From an uncultured Planctomycetia bacterium (lineage in GTDB: Bacteria; Omnitrophota; Gorgyraeia; Duberdicusellales; 4484-171), in contig CAZAYU010000002.1 in assembly GCA_964489445.1 (NCBI GenBank), positions 77,020 to 141,019 of the forward strand: DNA of 64,000 nt. The letters are read 5' to 3'. Position 1 is the stretch's first letter. Each line of letters begins with the position of its first letter. The notes beneath the pieces were generated by a model. The model saw only the letters and a program-made list of their open reading frames with translations, had not been told where the DNA came from and made no database searches. This document shows positions 24,910 through 34,601 of the stretch, piece after piece. The position numbers were made by a program, and so were the translations under genes.

Positions 24910-25701
24910 ATGATTAGTAAGCGCTTATGTTGTATTTTGATTTTTTTTGCCTTTATTTTTCCGGTTTTTGCTTGGCAAGTTGAAACACTTCAAACCGATA
25001 GTCCTAAACAACAATTAACTATTAATCTAGTTTTTGCGCCTTTAGATTATTCGGGAAAAGAGGAAATTAAGGAGGATGTTTCTTTAATTACTACACGTTT
25101 AAAAAGTATTTTTCCGTTTAATGAATTTAATGGTTTTCGGTTTTTTTTATTAATATTTGATGGGCAAAAGTCGGGTGACATATTTGAAGAGAGTAAGACT
25201 TTTCCTTATCTCAAAATAAATAATGATTTTATTCAAGAATTAAATGATGAAATCAGGGGAAATTATAAATTAGTAATTTTGAATAAACAAGGAAATGCTA
25301 GCGGTGCCGAGTTGTCAAATATAAATGAGACCTCGATTATAATTTTAGGGAAAAACAGTTTTGGAGAAAAGAATCGATTAGCTAAAGCGTTTTTACATGA
25401 GTTTGGGCATAGTTTGGGTTTAAGAGAAGAAAATCCAACGAGCATTCAGGAAATTATCCCCGGAAAACCAAATTGTGCTTTAAATAAGAACATTGCGGTT
25501 GAGTGGTGGGGTGAGATAGCCGAAGAAAATAGTGGAGTAGATTATTTTGAGATAAAGTCAAACGATAAAATATTTATAAAACCGACTTTGCGTTCAATAA
25601 TGAATGACCCGTTTAAGTCTTACGGTTATGGACCGGTGAATGAGCAATATTTATGTGAAGAACTGGAAATTGAGAGAGATAGAGGAAACTATGGAAGATA
25701 G
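24910..25701 (+). CDS. Secreted HExxH zinc metallopeptidase-like protein.
   Basis: Signal peptide MISKRLCCILIFFAFIFPVFAWQ and the HEFGHSLGL zincin motif. The start was moved to the ATG at 24910; the track ORF beginning at 24685 overlaps the upstream gene in another frame. Confidence 0.6.
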   Translation: MISKRLCCILIFFAFIFPVFAWQVETLQTDSPKQQLTINLVFAPLDYSGKEEIKEDVSLITTRLKSIFPFNEFNGFRFFLLIFDGQKSGDIFEESKTFPYLKINNDFIQELNDEIRGNYKLVILNKQGNASGAELSNINETSIIILGKNSFGEKNRLAKAFLHEFGHSLGLREENPTSIQEIIPGKPNCALNKNIAVEWWGEIAEENSGVDYFEIKSNDKIFIKPTLRSIMNDPFKSYGYGPVNEQYLCEELEIERDRGNYGR

Positions 25702-25770
25702 ATGATGAAAGAGGGACGAAAAAGTAGAGGAGAAAAGAATAAAAAATAAAAAAGTAAGAGAAAACCGGAT
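25700..25770. repeat. GA-rich intergenic element, copy B (GATGATGAAAGAGGGACGAAAAAGTAGAGGAGAAAAG...).
   Basis: Shares AGAGGGACGA with copy A. Confidence 0.5.
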
Positions 25771-25772
25771 TG

Positions 25773-25794
25773 CCACCTTCAAGGTGGAAGATGG
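25773..25794. repeat. Second copy of the palindromic element (CCACCTTCAAGGTGGAAGATGG).
   Basis: Exact 22-nt match to the reverse complement of the 20443..20471 element. Confidence 0.6.
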
Positions 25795-25837
25795 ATAATC
25801 ATTGACGTGTTACATATTTTATTGAATTTATTTTCTG

Positions 25838-25885
25838 ATTTATCCTTTAATCTTTAATCTTGAACCTTTATCCTTGAGAACTGTT
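25838..25885. repeat. CT-rich element (GATTTATCCTTTAATCTTTAATCTTGAACCTTTATCCTTGAGAA), partner of the element at 23835..23880.
   Basis: Direct-repeat relationship with the CT-rich element upstream of the secreted cassette. Confidence 0.5.
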
Positions 25886-25955
25886 TAACTAATTCTGGTA
25901 GCAGGTTTCTGGTTCCTGATAGTAATTACCCAATTTATCCGGCTACGTATTTAGT

Positions 25956-25984
25956 TTGACAGGGTAGAGGTTAGTATATATAAT
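25956..25984 (+). promoter_or_regulatory. Perfect-consensus sigma-70 promoter TTGACA-N17-TATAAT immediately upstream of lysS.
   Basis: -35 at 25956..25961, -10 at 25979..25984. The predicted transcription start is about 25991, only 3-4 nt before the lysS ATG at 25995. Confidence 0.55.
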
Positions 25985-25994
25985 CGTAAGCACT

Positions 25995-27434
25995 ATGGAA
26001 ACTGAAGAAAAACTTAATAGAATTAAGAAGGAATTTGGAAATCCATTTTCTGAAAACTACTTTTCTAAACCATTGCTGGCCAATGAGATATTATCTGCAT
26101 TTGAAGAGGGGAAAGTAGTTTCGTTTGCTGGAAGGCTAATTACGAAAAGAGAACACGGAAAGTCTGGTTTTGCTCATTTAAGTGACGAAAGCGGAAAAAT
26201 ACAAATTTATGCCCAGGCGAATGCATTAGGAGCCGGTTTTCAATTATTTAAGGAATTAGATATTGGAGATATTATTGGGGTAAGCGGTGAGCTATTTAAA
26301 ACTAGAACTGGGGAATCAACAATAGTAGTCAAAGAAATAAAATTGCTTTCTAAGGCTTTGAGACCGCTGCCGGAAAAGTGGCACGGGCTAAAAGATGTTG
26401 AAGTTCGTTATCGTCAACGATATTTAGACTTGATTGCTAATCCGGATTCAAGAGATGTGTTTATTAAACGCTCAAAGATTGTTTCTTTAATCCGTGATTT
26501 TTTTAATAACCGGAAATTTACCGAAGTAGAAACTCCAATGCTTCATCCTCTTCCCGGAGGTGCAGCCGGCAAACCATTTGCGACACATCATAATGCTACC
26601 GACGCACAAGTTTATTTACGAATAGCTCCGGAGCTTTATCTTAAGCGCTTGCTAGTCGGCGGATTAGAGAAAGTGTACGAAATCAATCGGAGTTTTCGTA
26701 ACGAAGGGGTGTCTACTCGGCATAATCCGGAATTTACAATGCTGGAAGCGTATTGTGCCTACAATAATTATGAATACATGATGAATACTTGTGAGGAGTT
26801 ATTTTTATTCCTTATCAAGGAGATGGGATTAAATACAGTTTTGGAATATCAAGGGAAAAGGATAGATTTTACTTCTCCTTGGCCGAGGATTTCGTTTGCG
26901 GAGTTATTCAAGAAAGAATTTGATATCAACCCGGATGATTCACAGGAGGTTATGGTTGAAAAGATTAGCAAGAAATTGAAATTGTCCCAGGGATTAAGTC
27001 GTAGTCAAATATTGAACATTACTGAAGAGTTAATTGAAAAAAATTATCCGGATGATAAACCAGCGTTTATTACTGATTTTTTTACCTGGACTTCTCCATT
27101 AGCTAAGAATAAGAAGGATAATCCGGACATTGTGGAGAGGTTTGAATTATTTATTGCCGGGCTAGAAGTAGCTAATGCTTATTCGGAGTTAAATGATCCA
27201 GTAGAGCAAAGAAAAAGATTTAAAAAACAGTTAGATGTTGAAGAAGAATTGCCTAAAAAAATAGATGAAGATTTTTTATTGAGCTTAGAATACGGAATGC
27301 CGCCGGCCACCGGGCTGGGGATTGGTATTGATAGATTAGTAATGATTATTTTAAACCAGCCTTCAATAAGAGATGTGATCCTTTTTCCTCTCCTCAAAAA
27401 TAAAGAGAATGACGGCGCAGAGAATAGAGAGTAG
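25995..27434 (+). CDS. lysS: Lysyl-tRNA synthetase, class II.
   Basis: N-terminal OB fold plus class-II core motifs (FRNEG, GxGxGxDR). Full-length 479 aa. Confidence 0.9.
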   Translation: METEEKLNRIKKEFGNPFSENYFSKPLLANEILSAFEEGKVVSFAGRLITKREHGKSGFAHLSDESGKIQIYAQANALGAGFQLFKELDIGDIIGVSGELFKTRTGESTIVVKEIKLLSKALRPLPEKWHGLKDVEVRYRQRYLDLIANPDSRDVFIKRSKIVSLIRDFFNNRKFTEVETPMLHPLPGGAAGKPFATHHNATDAQVYLRIAPELYLKRLLVGGLEKVYEINRSFRNEGVSTRHNPEFTMLEAYCAYNNYEYMMNTCEELFLFLIKEMGLNTVLEYQGKRIDFTSPWPRISFAELFKKEFDINPDDSQEVMVEKISKKLKLSQGLSRSQILNITEELIEKNYPDDKPAFITDFFTWTSPLAKNKKDNPDIVERFELFIAGLEVANAYSELNDPVEQRKRFKKQLDVEEELPKKIDEDFLLSLEYGMPPATGLGIGIDRLVMIILNQPSIRDVILFPLLKNKENDGAENRE

Positions 27435-27479
27435 AAGGTAGAGGGTAGAGAAAATTATCCATCGACTATTTTTTTAATA

Positions 27480-28646
27480 ATGAAAACAGAATTATTTTTA
27501 GCTAGCCGTTATCTTTTTCGGGGAAAAGCTCGTCATGTATCTTTTATTGGGGTTATTTCTTGTTTGGGAATTGCTTTGGGAGTGGCTACGTTAATTGTGG
27601 TAATTTCGGTAATGAACGGATTTGACAATGATTTAACTGAAAGGCTAACAAGATTTAACTACCATTTAATTGTGGAGGCTGGAGACGATACTGAAGACGT
27701 AAATTTAGCACAAATTAGTGAAGAAATAAGCGAACTTAAGGAAGTTAGCAATTGTTCACAGTTTTTACAAACCCAAGTGTTTGCAAAACTAGGAAAAATA
27801 GTATTTCCTTTGACGGTAAAAGGGATAGATTTAAATAATGAGCAAGAAAGAGAAGAATTCTATAAATATGTGTTGCAGGAAAATGGAGAAAAAGGATTTT
27901 TTATTGGTGAAGGCTTAAGCCGAAAAATTTCTCCGGTAAAAAATATTGAATTTTATCCGTTAAAAAAGAGCTTTAAATCGCAAACAGAAGAAATCAGGGG
28001 AGTATTTAAGGTTGGTTTGTATGATGTAGATAATGGTTATTTAATTTCTGATTTAGAAACTGCAAAATCTTTGTCAGATAACTATCTTATTTTTTTGGGA
28101 ATACGGCTTAAAGATTCGTTTTCAGCACCTAACGTAAAACAAAAGATACTGGAAAAGTTAAAATACAGGGTGTTTGTGTCAACATGGATAGAGTCGAATC
28201 AGATTCTGTTTTCTGCATTAAAATTAGAAAAAATAACGATGTTTATTATTTTAAGTTTAATAATTTTAGTTGCTTCGTTTAATATCTTTGCTACGTTAAC
28301 TACCGGAGTAGTGGAAAAAACTAAAGATATCGGAATTTTAAAATCGCTGGGTTTTTCAAAGCGAAGAATTCTTATGCTGTTTAGCTTGCAGGGAGTATTA
28401 TTGGGTGGCATTGGTACGGCAATAGGCACGATGTTAGGACTGGGAATATGTATTTTTTTAAAACAGTATCCGCTTATTAAATTACCAGAAGCAATTTATT
28501 ATATTGAATATCTTCCAATAGCCATAAATTATCGGGACATTTCATTAATTATGTTTACCGGTTTTTTGCTGTCTTATATTTGCAGTTTTTTTCCGGCCCT
28601 ACGGGCAGCAAAAATGCTTCCTTCGGAGGCGTTGCGTTATGAATAA
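27480..28646 (+). CDS. Lipoprotein-releasing system permease, LolC/LolE (FtsX-like) family.
   Basis: N-terminal transmembrane segment, a large periplasmic domain, then a C-terminal four-helix FtsX domain. The start MKTELFLASRYLFRGKARH is typical of LolC/E. Confidence 0.8.
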   Translation: MKTELFLASRYLFRGKARHVSFIGVISCLGIALGVATLIVVISVMNGFDNDLTERLTRFNYHLIVEAGDDTEDVNLAQISEEISELKEVSNCSQFLQTQVFAKLGKIVFPLTVKGIDLNNEQEREEFYKYVLQENGEKGFFIGEGLSRKISPVKNIEFYPLKKSFKSQTEEIRGVFKVGLYDVDNGYLISDLETAKSLSDNYLIFLGIRLKDSFSAPNVKQKILEKLKYRVFVSTWIESNQILFSALKLEKITMFIILSLIILVASFNIFATLTTGVVEKTKDIGILKSLGFSKRRILMLFSLQGVLLGGIGTAIGTMLGLGICIFLKQYPLIKLPEAIYYIEYLPIAINYRDISLIMFTGFLLSYICSFFPALRAAKMLPSEALRYE

Positions 28647-29337
28647 AGACAACAGCCTGGCAGAAAGACAATTGATAGAAGTTGCAGAGGTAGATAAAGT
28701 GTATATATCAGCGAAACAAAGATTTTATGCGCTTAAAGAAGTTTCCTTAAATATTAAACAGGGGGATTATCTTGCTTTAGTGGGTCCTTCAGGGGCGGGA
28801 AAATCTACATTACTCCATATTCTAGGAGGAATAGATTGCCCGGCAGGTGGTTCTGTAAAATACAAAGGGAAAAATATTTATCAAATGAATGATAAACAGC
28901 TTTCTTCGTGGAGGGCTGCTCATATAGGTTTTGTATTTCAATTTTATCATTTAATTGAAGAGCTAACGGTACTAGAGAATGTGACATTAGCTCTTAATTT
29001 GCGCAGGAAAAAATATGCTTTAAAAACAGGATTAGAATTGTTAGAATATCTAGGTATTGAGAATCGCAAAGAAGCTTTTCCTTCGCAGCTAAGCGGAGGA
29101 GAACGCCAAAAAACAGCCCTAGCTAGAGCTTTAGCTAATGATCCGGATATTTTACTTTGCGATGAGCCAACAGGTAATTTAGATAGTGACTCTCAGGCAA
29201 AGGTTGCTCAGCTTTTGTGTAAGCTGAATAAGGAAAAAGGAAAAACCATTATACTAGTTACGCATAATCTAGAATTAGCGAAAAGTGCAAAAAATACGCT
29301 ATTTCTTAAAAACGGACAAATTGTCATCAACTGTTAA
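28639..29337 (+). CDS. lolD: Lipoprotein-releasing system ATPase.
   Basis: Walker A GPSGAGKST, LSGGERQK, LLCDEPTGNLD. Overlaps the end of lolC/E. Confidence 0.8.
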   Translation: MNKDNSLAERQLIEVAEVDKVYISAKQRFYALKEVSLNIKQGDYLALVGPSGAGKSTLLHILGGIDCPAGGSVKYKGKNIYQMNDKQLSSWRAAHIGFVFQFYHLIEELTVLENVTLALNLRRKKYALKTGLELLEYLGIENRKEAFPSQLSGGERQKTALARALANDPDILLCDEPTGNLDSDSQAKVAQLLCKLNKEKGKTIILVTHNLELAKSAKNTLFLKNGQIVINC

Positions 29338-29436
29338 GTTGACGACAAAGATAAGTTGCGAATTTGTATTGATGTTTAAGTGACAAGCTTAAAAAAACTT
29401 TTTATATTATGATGAACTCAATAAGGGGGTAGTTAT

Positions 29437-30315
29437 ATGAAGATTTGGTTGAATGGGAAATTAGTGGACAAGAAAGACGCAAAAGTTTCAGTATTTGATC
29501 ATGGGTTTTTATATGGAGATGGCGTGTTTGAAGGTATACGTTCTTACAATTGTCTAGTATTTAAACTCAATGAGCATATTGACCGGTTGTTTGAGTCAGC
29601 TCATTCTATCATGTTGGATATTCCGCTAACCAAAAAAGAGATAGTTAAAGAAATTATAAATACCTTAAAAGCTAATTGTCTAAAGGATGGCTATGTTAGA
29701 GTGATAGTCTCCCGTGGAGAGGGTGATTTAGGTTTAGATCCACGGAAATGCAAAGGGAAAGAGTCAGTAGTTATAATTGCTGATAAGATTGCTCTTTATC
29801 CTAAAGAACTTTATGAAAAAGGGATGGATATTGTAACTGTTCCGACTGTAAGGAATATTCCGGAAGCATTGAATCCTCAGATTAAATCTTTAAATTATTT
29901 AAACAATATTTTAGCAAAAATCGAAGCATTAAACTCTGGTCATCAAGAAGCGCTAATGCTTGATCATCTTGGTTATGTGGCTGAATGTTCGGGAGACAAT
30001 ATTTTTGTAGTTGAAGGAGGCCAACTATATACACCCCCTCAATGTATGGGTACCTTAAGAGGGATTACCAGAGATAGTGTTTTGAAGATTGCGAAAAAAT
30101 TAAAAATACTTACTCACGAACATGTATTAACTCGGCATGAGTTGTATATTAGCCAGGAGTGTTTTTTAACCGGAACAGCAGCGGAGACCATACCAGTGGT
30201 AAAGGTGGATGGAAGGGTAATAGGTGATGGGAAGCCGGGTAAAATTACTAAAAAAATAATGTCTGAATTTCATAAAGTAACCAAAACCGAGGGTGTAAAA
30301 TACAGAATTACTTAA
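29437..30315 (+). CDS. ilvE: Branched-chain amino acid aminotransferase (class IV PLP aminotransferase).
   Basis: VFDHGFLYGDGVFEGIRSY N-terminus and the overall class IV layout. Confidence 0.8.
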   Translation: MKIWLNGKLVDKKDAKVSVFDHGFLYGDGVFEGIRSYNCLVFKLNEHIDRLFESAHSIMLDIPLTKKEIVKEIINTLKANCLKDGYVRVIVSRGEGDLGLDPRKCKGKESVVIIADKIALYPKELYEKGMDIVTVPTVRNIPEALNPQIKSLNYLNNILAKIEALNSGHQEALMLDHLGYVAECSGDNIFVVEGGQLYTPPQCMGTLRGITRDSVLKIAKKLKILTHEHVLTRHELYISQECFLTGTAAETIPVVKVDGRVIGDGKPGKITKKIMSEFHKVTKTEGVKYRIT

Positions 30316-30345
30316 TCCCTAAGCTATATTGCTTAATCTACAATT

Positions 30346-30819
30346 ATGTTGTGTAATATTTGCCATAAGAATTTAGCGACAGTTCATTTTACAGAGATCG
30401 TTAGTGATGAAATTGTAGAAATGCATATTTGTCAGGATTGTTCTAAAAGTAAAAAAAAAGAACTAATCGGGAGTGTAGATATTTTTGATTTTATTAAAAA
30501 AGAAAATAAAGAGAAAAATGATAGTTTGCCAAAGTGCAATATTTGCGGTATTTCTTACCAAGAATTTAAAAAGAATGGACTGCTGGGTTGCGCAAGGTGC
30601 TACAGTGGTTTCCGTAAGCAACTTTTACCGCTACTTAAAAAGATTCACAGTCGCACTTGGCATGTTGGGAAGAGTCATTTTTTAGATGAGAAGCAAGCGG
30701 TTGCTAAGATGACTGTTGGAAAGTTGAGAGAGCAGCTAAATAGAGCTATTAGCCTTGAAGAATATGAAGAGGCATCGAAATTACGTGATAAAATAAAAAT
30801 AATTGAAAAAGATGCTTAA
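30346..30819 (+). CDS. mcsA: McsA-like protein arginine kinase activator (zinc fingers plus a UVR motif).
   Basis: Two CxxC pairs, then a C-terminal UVR-like EEYEEASKLRDKI. Located immediately upstream of mcsB. Confidence 0.7.
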   Translation: MLCNICHKNLATVHFTEIVSDEIVEMHICQDCSKSKKKELIGSVDIFDFIKKENKEKNDSLPKCNICGISYQEFKKNGLLGCARCYSGFRKQLLPLLKKIHSRTWHVGKSHFLDEKQAVAKMTVGKLREQLNRAISLEEYEEASKLRDKIKIIEKDA

Positions 30820-30915
30820 AAAAGAATATTCTAGATAAAAGGTGTTTTAGCCGTAATGTGTGGAAAAATAAGCTATCTGTGATAAATTTATCCAAAAAAA
30901 TAATAGGGGAAAATA

Positions 30916-31974
30916 TTGGAAGACTCTATTGATATTCAAAATAGTTGGTTGAGCAAAACTGAATCAGATATTATTTTTTCTTCCAGAATTCGTTTAGCAC
31001 GAAATATGATGGATTTACCTTTTCCTTCACGTGCTGATGATTCGCAGAAAAAAGAAATTTTAAAAAAAGTCAATGCAAACTGGTTTAATACAGAATTGTT
31101 AAACGACTGTCAATTTATTGAAATGCAAACGCTAAGCAACTTAGATAAACAGGTGTTTTTAGAGCGTCATTTGGTAAGCAATGAGCATATTGTAGATGGA
31201 GATGGAAAAGGGTTAATTGTTTCGGATAACCAAGAAATTTCAATTATGATTAATGAGGAAGATCATTTAAGGATGCAGGTTATTACTAGTGGCTTTAATC
31301 TTCAAAAATGCTGGAGATTGTTATCTGGCATTGATGAGTATTTTAATAAGCAGTTTTCTTTTGCCTTTCTGCCAGACTTAGGTTATTTAACAGCTTGCCC
31401 TACAAATTTAGGCACGGCAATGAGAGCCTCATGTATGATGCATTTGCCAGGGCTAATTTTAACTAAGAGAATTAATAAAGTACTAGAGTTATTAGCAAAA
31501 ATATCCTTTACGATCAGAGGATTTTTCGGAGAAGGAACTCAAGCATTAGGCAATTTTTTTCAAATATCTAATCAATCTAGTTTAGGGTTTTCCGAAGAAG
31601 AGATAGTTGAAAATCTGGAAGGGGTTATTAACCAGGTTAAAAAGCAGGAGGAAGATGCTCGTTTAATCTTATCCAAAAAGCAGAATTTGCAGGTGGAAGA
31701 CAGTATTTGGCGGGCATTAGGGATATTAAGAAATGCTCGGATGATTAATAGCCAAGAAGCATTAAGTCACCTTTCTCTCTTGTTTTTAGGGGTAGATTTA
31801 GGTATAATTAACGATAATGATTTTTTTGGAATTTGCAACGCTAGAAAGTTAGTATTTAGCTTGTTGCTTATTATCCAACCGGCACATTTACAATTAGCCA
31901 AAGGTAAAGTGCTGAAAGAAAAAGAAAGAGATTGTGTGAGGGCAGAAATTTTGAGGGAGAAGTTAAAAAAGTAG
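30916..31974 (+). CDS. mcsB: Protein arginine kinase (ATP:guanido phosphotransferase). TTG start.
   Basis: Active-site CPTNLGT motif. Located between mcsA and clpC. Confidence 0.8.
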   Translation: MEDSIDIQNSWLSKTESDIIFSSRIRLARNMMDLPFPSRADDSQKKEILKKVNANWFNTELLNDCQFIEMQTLSNLDKQVFLERHLVSNEHIVDGDGKGLIVSDNQEISIMINEEDHLRMQVITSGFNLQKCWRLLSGIDEYFNKQFSFAFLPDLGYLTACPTNLGTAMRASCMMHLPGLILTKRINKVLELLAKISFTIRGFFGEGTQALGNFFQISNQSSLGFSEEEIVENLEGVINQVKKQEEDARLILSKKQNLQVEDSIWRALGILRNARMINSQEALSHLSLLFLGVDLGIINDNDFFGICNARKLVFSLLLIIQPAHLQLAKGKVLKEKERDCVRAEILREKLKK

Positions 31975-32153
31975 ACTGTTAGAAGATTACTGTCACAGTT
32001 TGATTAATAATTTAGCATTGTATATTTTGTTTTTAGGGAAGATGTTGTAAAATTTTCTAGTTATAAGTTCACAATCCTGAGAGGGATTAATTTGATTGTG
32101 TAATTTTTTCGTGTTTTGACTTAAAAAATTATAATTTTATTGAGGAGGGAAAA

Positions 32154-34601
32154 ATGTTTAATCGTTTTACAGAAAGAGCGAGAAAAGTATTAGTATTATC
32201 AAAAGAGGAAGCTAGAAGGTTTAATCATGATTATATTGGAACAGAGCATATCTTGCTGGGGCTTATTCGTGAGGGAGAAGGAGTAGCTTGCGCAGTATTG
32301 CAGAACTTAGGTGTTGATTTAGAACGATTACGCATAGAAATTGAGAAATTATTGCCTACTGGAAGTGCTGCTTCGGTTTTAGGTGATATTCCGTTTACTC
32401 CTCGATCTAAAAAGGCTCTGGAATTATCTGCAGAAGAAGCACGTAGTTTGGGGCATAATTATATTGGGACAGAACACATATTATTGGGTTTATTGCGTGA
32501 AGAAGAAGGCATTGCCTCGCAAGTATTATTTTCTTTAGGTGTTGACTTAAGAAAAATACGAAAAGAAATTTCTACTCTTTTAGGAGGAGAAGGAAGTCCT
32601 CAGCCGTCCGGCAATCATCCAGCGTCTAAAACTCCGGCGCTTGATTCTTTTGGGAGAGAGTTAACAAAGTTAACAAAAGAAGGAAAGCTAGATCCGGTAA
32701 TTGGAAGGAAAGCAGAAATCGAAAGAGTTATCCAAATCCTTTCTCGCAGGACAAAGAATAATCCGGTTCTTTTAGGTGAAGCTGGTGTTGGGAAAACAGC
32801 AATCGTTGAAGGGCTGGCCCAAAATATTGTTAAAGGCGATGTGCCGGAATTATTGCGTAACAAAAGAATAGTAGTATTAGATTTAGCACTAATGATTGCC
32901 GGGACAAAGTATCGAGGGCAGTTTGAAGAAAGAATCAAAGCAGTAATGGAAGAAATAAAACGTTCAAAAGATGTTATTATTTTTATTGACGAGTTGCATA
33001 CATTAGTTGGTGCGGGTGCTGCAGAAGGGGCTATTGATGCTTCGAATATATTAAAACCGGCTCTATCGAGAGGAGAGATTCAATGTATTGGAGCAACTAC
33101 TCTTGATGAGTATCGCAAGCATATTGAAAAAGATTCAGCGTTAGAAAGAAGATTTCAACAGATATACGTTGAACCAAGTACAGTAAAAGAAACTATTCAA
33201 ATTCTAGAAGGGTTAAGAGATAGGTATGAGGCACATCATCGGGTAAAAATTACTGATGCAGCATTGGAGGCGGCTTCAAAAATGTCGGATCGCTATGTTT
33301 CTGGAAGATTTCTTCCGGATAAAGCGATTGATTTAATTGATGAAGCTGGTGCTAGATCACGGTTATCAGTACTAACTGCTCCTAAAGAAATAAAAGAGTT
33401 AGATGAGAAAACAGTGGATATTGTTACTGAGAAGGAAGCACTAATAAAACAGCAAGATTTTGAAAAAGCTGCTCGTTTACGCGATGAGGAGAAAACACTT
33501 CGTCTTAAATTGGAAGCGTTAAGAAGAGAATGGAGCAAGAAAAGAGATCAGATTACTCCGGAAATTGGCGAAGAAGAAATAGCTCGTTTGGTAGCTCAAG
33601 TAACTGGGGTACCGATTTATCGTTTAGAGGAAAAAGAGTCAGAAAGATTAATGAAGATTGAAGAAGAGTTAGGCAAAAAAGTGATCGGACAAGGGGAGGC
33701 AATTACCTCTATTGCTCGGTCTGTTCGTCGAGCGCGGGCGGGAATAAAAGAGCCTCGCCGACCGATAGGTTCATTTATTTTTTTAGGTCCTACTGGAGTA
33801 GGCAAAACACTTCTTGCTCGAGCGTTAGCGGAGTTTATGTTTGGTAATGAAGAATCGTTAATTCAATTGGATATGAGTGAATATATGGAAAAGTTTAATG
33901 TGTCCAGGTTGATTGGGGCTCCTCCAGGGTATGTTGGATTCGAAGAGGGTGGACAGCTTACCGAACGGATAAGAAGAAGACCTTATGCTGTAGTATTATT
34001 AGATGAGATTGAAAAAGCCCATCCAGATGTGTTTAATCTGCTTTTACAAATACTGGAAGAGGGGCGGCTAACAGATAGTTATGGCAGAAGAGTTGATTTT
34101 AGGAATGTTATTTTATTAATGACTTCCAATGTCGGGGCGGATATTATTCAAAAAAGAGGCTCTTTGGGGTTCAAAGCTATAAGTGAAGATATAAGCTATG
34201 AAGATATAAAACAGCTTTTAATGAATGAAGTCAAGAAGACATTTAAGCCAGAGTTTTTGAATCGTTTAGACGAAATTACTGTTTTTCGGCCGCTAAGCAA
34301 GAAGGATCTAGAAAAAATAGTAGATAATGAAATTTCTTATGTTAATAGCCGGGTTGCAGAGCAGAATTTTATGATTCAGTTGTCATCAAAAGCCAAGAGT
34401 TTTTTCATCGAAAAAGGCTTTGACCCAGTTTTTGGTGCTCGTCCACTTAAAAGGGTAATTCAGAGATTTTTAGAAGATCCGTTAGCTGAAGATATTATTA
34501 AAGGGACTTTTTCTCAAAAAATAAAGCAAGGCAGCCAGGAGGGGAAAGGCTTAGTAAAGATAAAAGTAACCCTTAAAGGGGAAAATTTAAAATTTGAATG
34601 A
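32154..34601 (+). CDS. clpC: ATP-dependent Clp protease ATP-binding subunit ClpC.
   Basis: Two Clp_N repeats, two AAA+ modules ([16 protein letters not shown]), and a UVR-like linker. Confidence 0.9.
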   Translation: MFNRFTERARKVLVLSKEEARRFNHDYIGTEHILLGLIREGEGVACAVLQNLGVDLERLRIEIEKLLPTGSAASVLGDIPFTPRSKKALELSAEEARSLGHNYIGTEHILLGLLREEEGIASQVLFSLGVDLRKIRKEISTLLGGEGSPQPSGNHPASKTPALDSFGRELTKLTKEGKLDPVIGRKAEIERVIQILSRRTKNNPVLLGEAGVGKTAIVEGLAQNIVKGDVPELLRNKRIVVLDLALMIAGTKYRGQFEERIKAVMEEIKRSKDVIIFIDELHTLVGAGAAEGAIDASNILKPALSRGEIQCIGATTLDEYRKHIEKDSALERRFQQIYVEPSTVKETIQILEGLRDRYEAHHRVKITDAALEAASKMSDRYVSGRFLPDKAIDLIDEAGARSRLSVLTAPKEIKELDEKTVDIVTEKEALIKQQDFEKAARLRDEEKTLRLKLEALRREWSKKRDQITPEIGEEEIARLVAQVTGVPIYRLEEKESERLMKIEEELGKKVIGQGEAITSIARSVRRARAGIKEPRRPIGSFIFLGPTGVGKTLLARALAEFMFGNEESLIQLDMSEYMEKFNVSRLIGAPPGYVGFEEGGQLTERIRRRPYAVVLLDEIEKAHPDVFNLLLQILEEGRLTDSYGRRVDFRNVILLMTSNVGADIIQKRGSLGFKAISEDISYEDIKQLLMNEVKKTFKPEFLNRLDEITVFRPLSKKDLEKIVDNEISYVNSRVAEQNFMIQLSSKAKSFFIEKGFDPVFGARPLKRVIQRFLEDPLAEDIIKGTFSQKIKQGSQEGKGLVKIKVTLKGENLKFE

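Noticed and set aside
31975-32010. Small palindrome ACTGTcACAGT after mcsB as a terminator.
   Set aside because: It has only a 5-bp stem and no T-tract. It is too weak to call.
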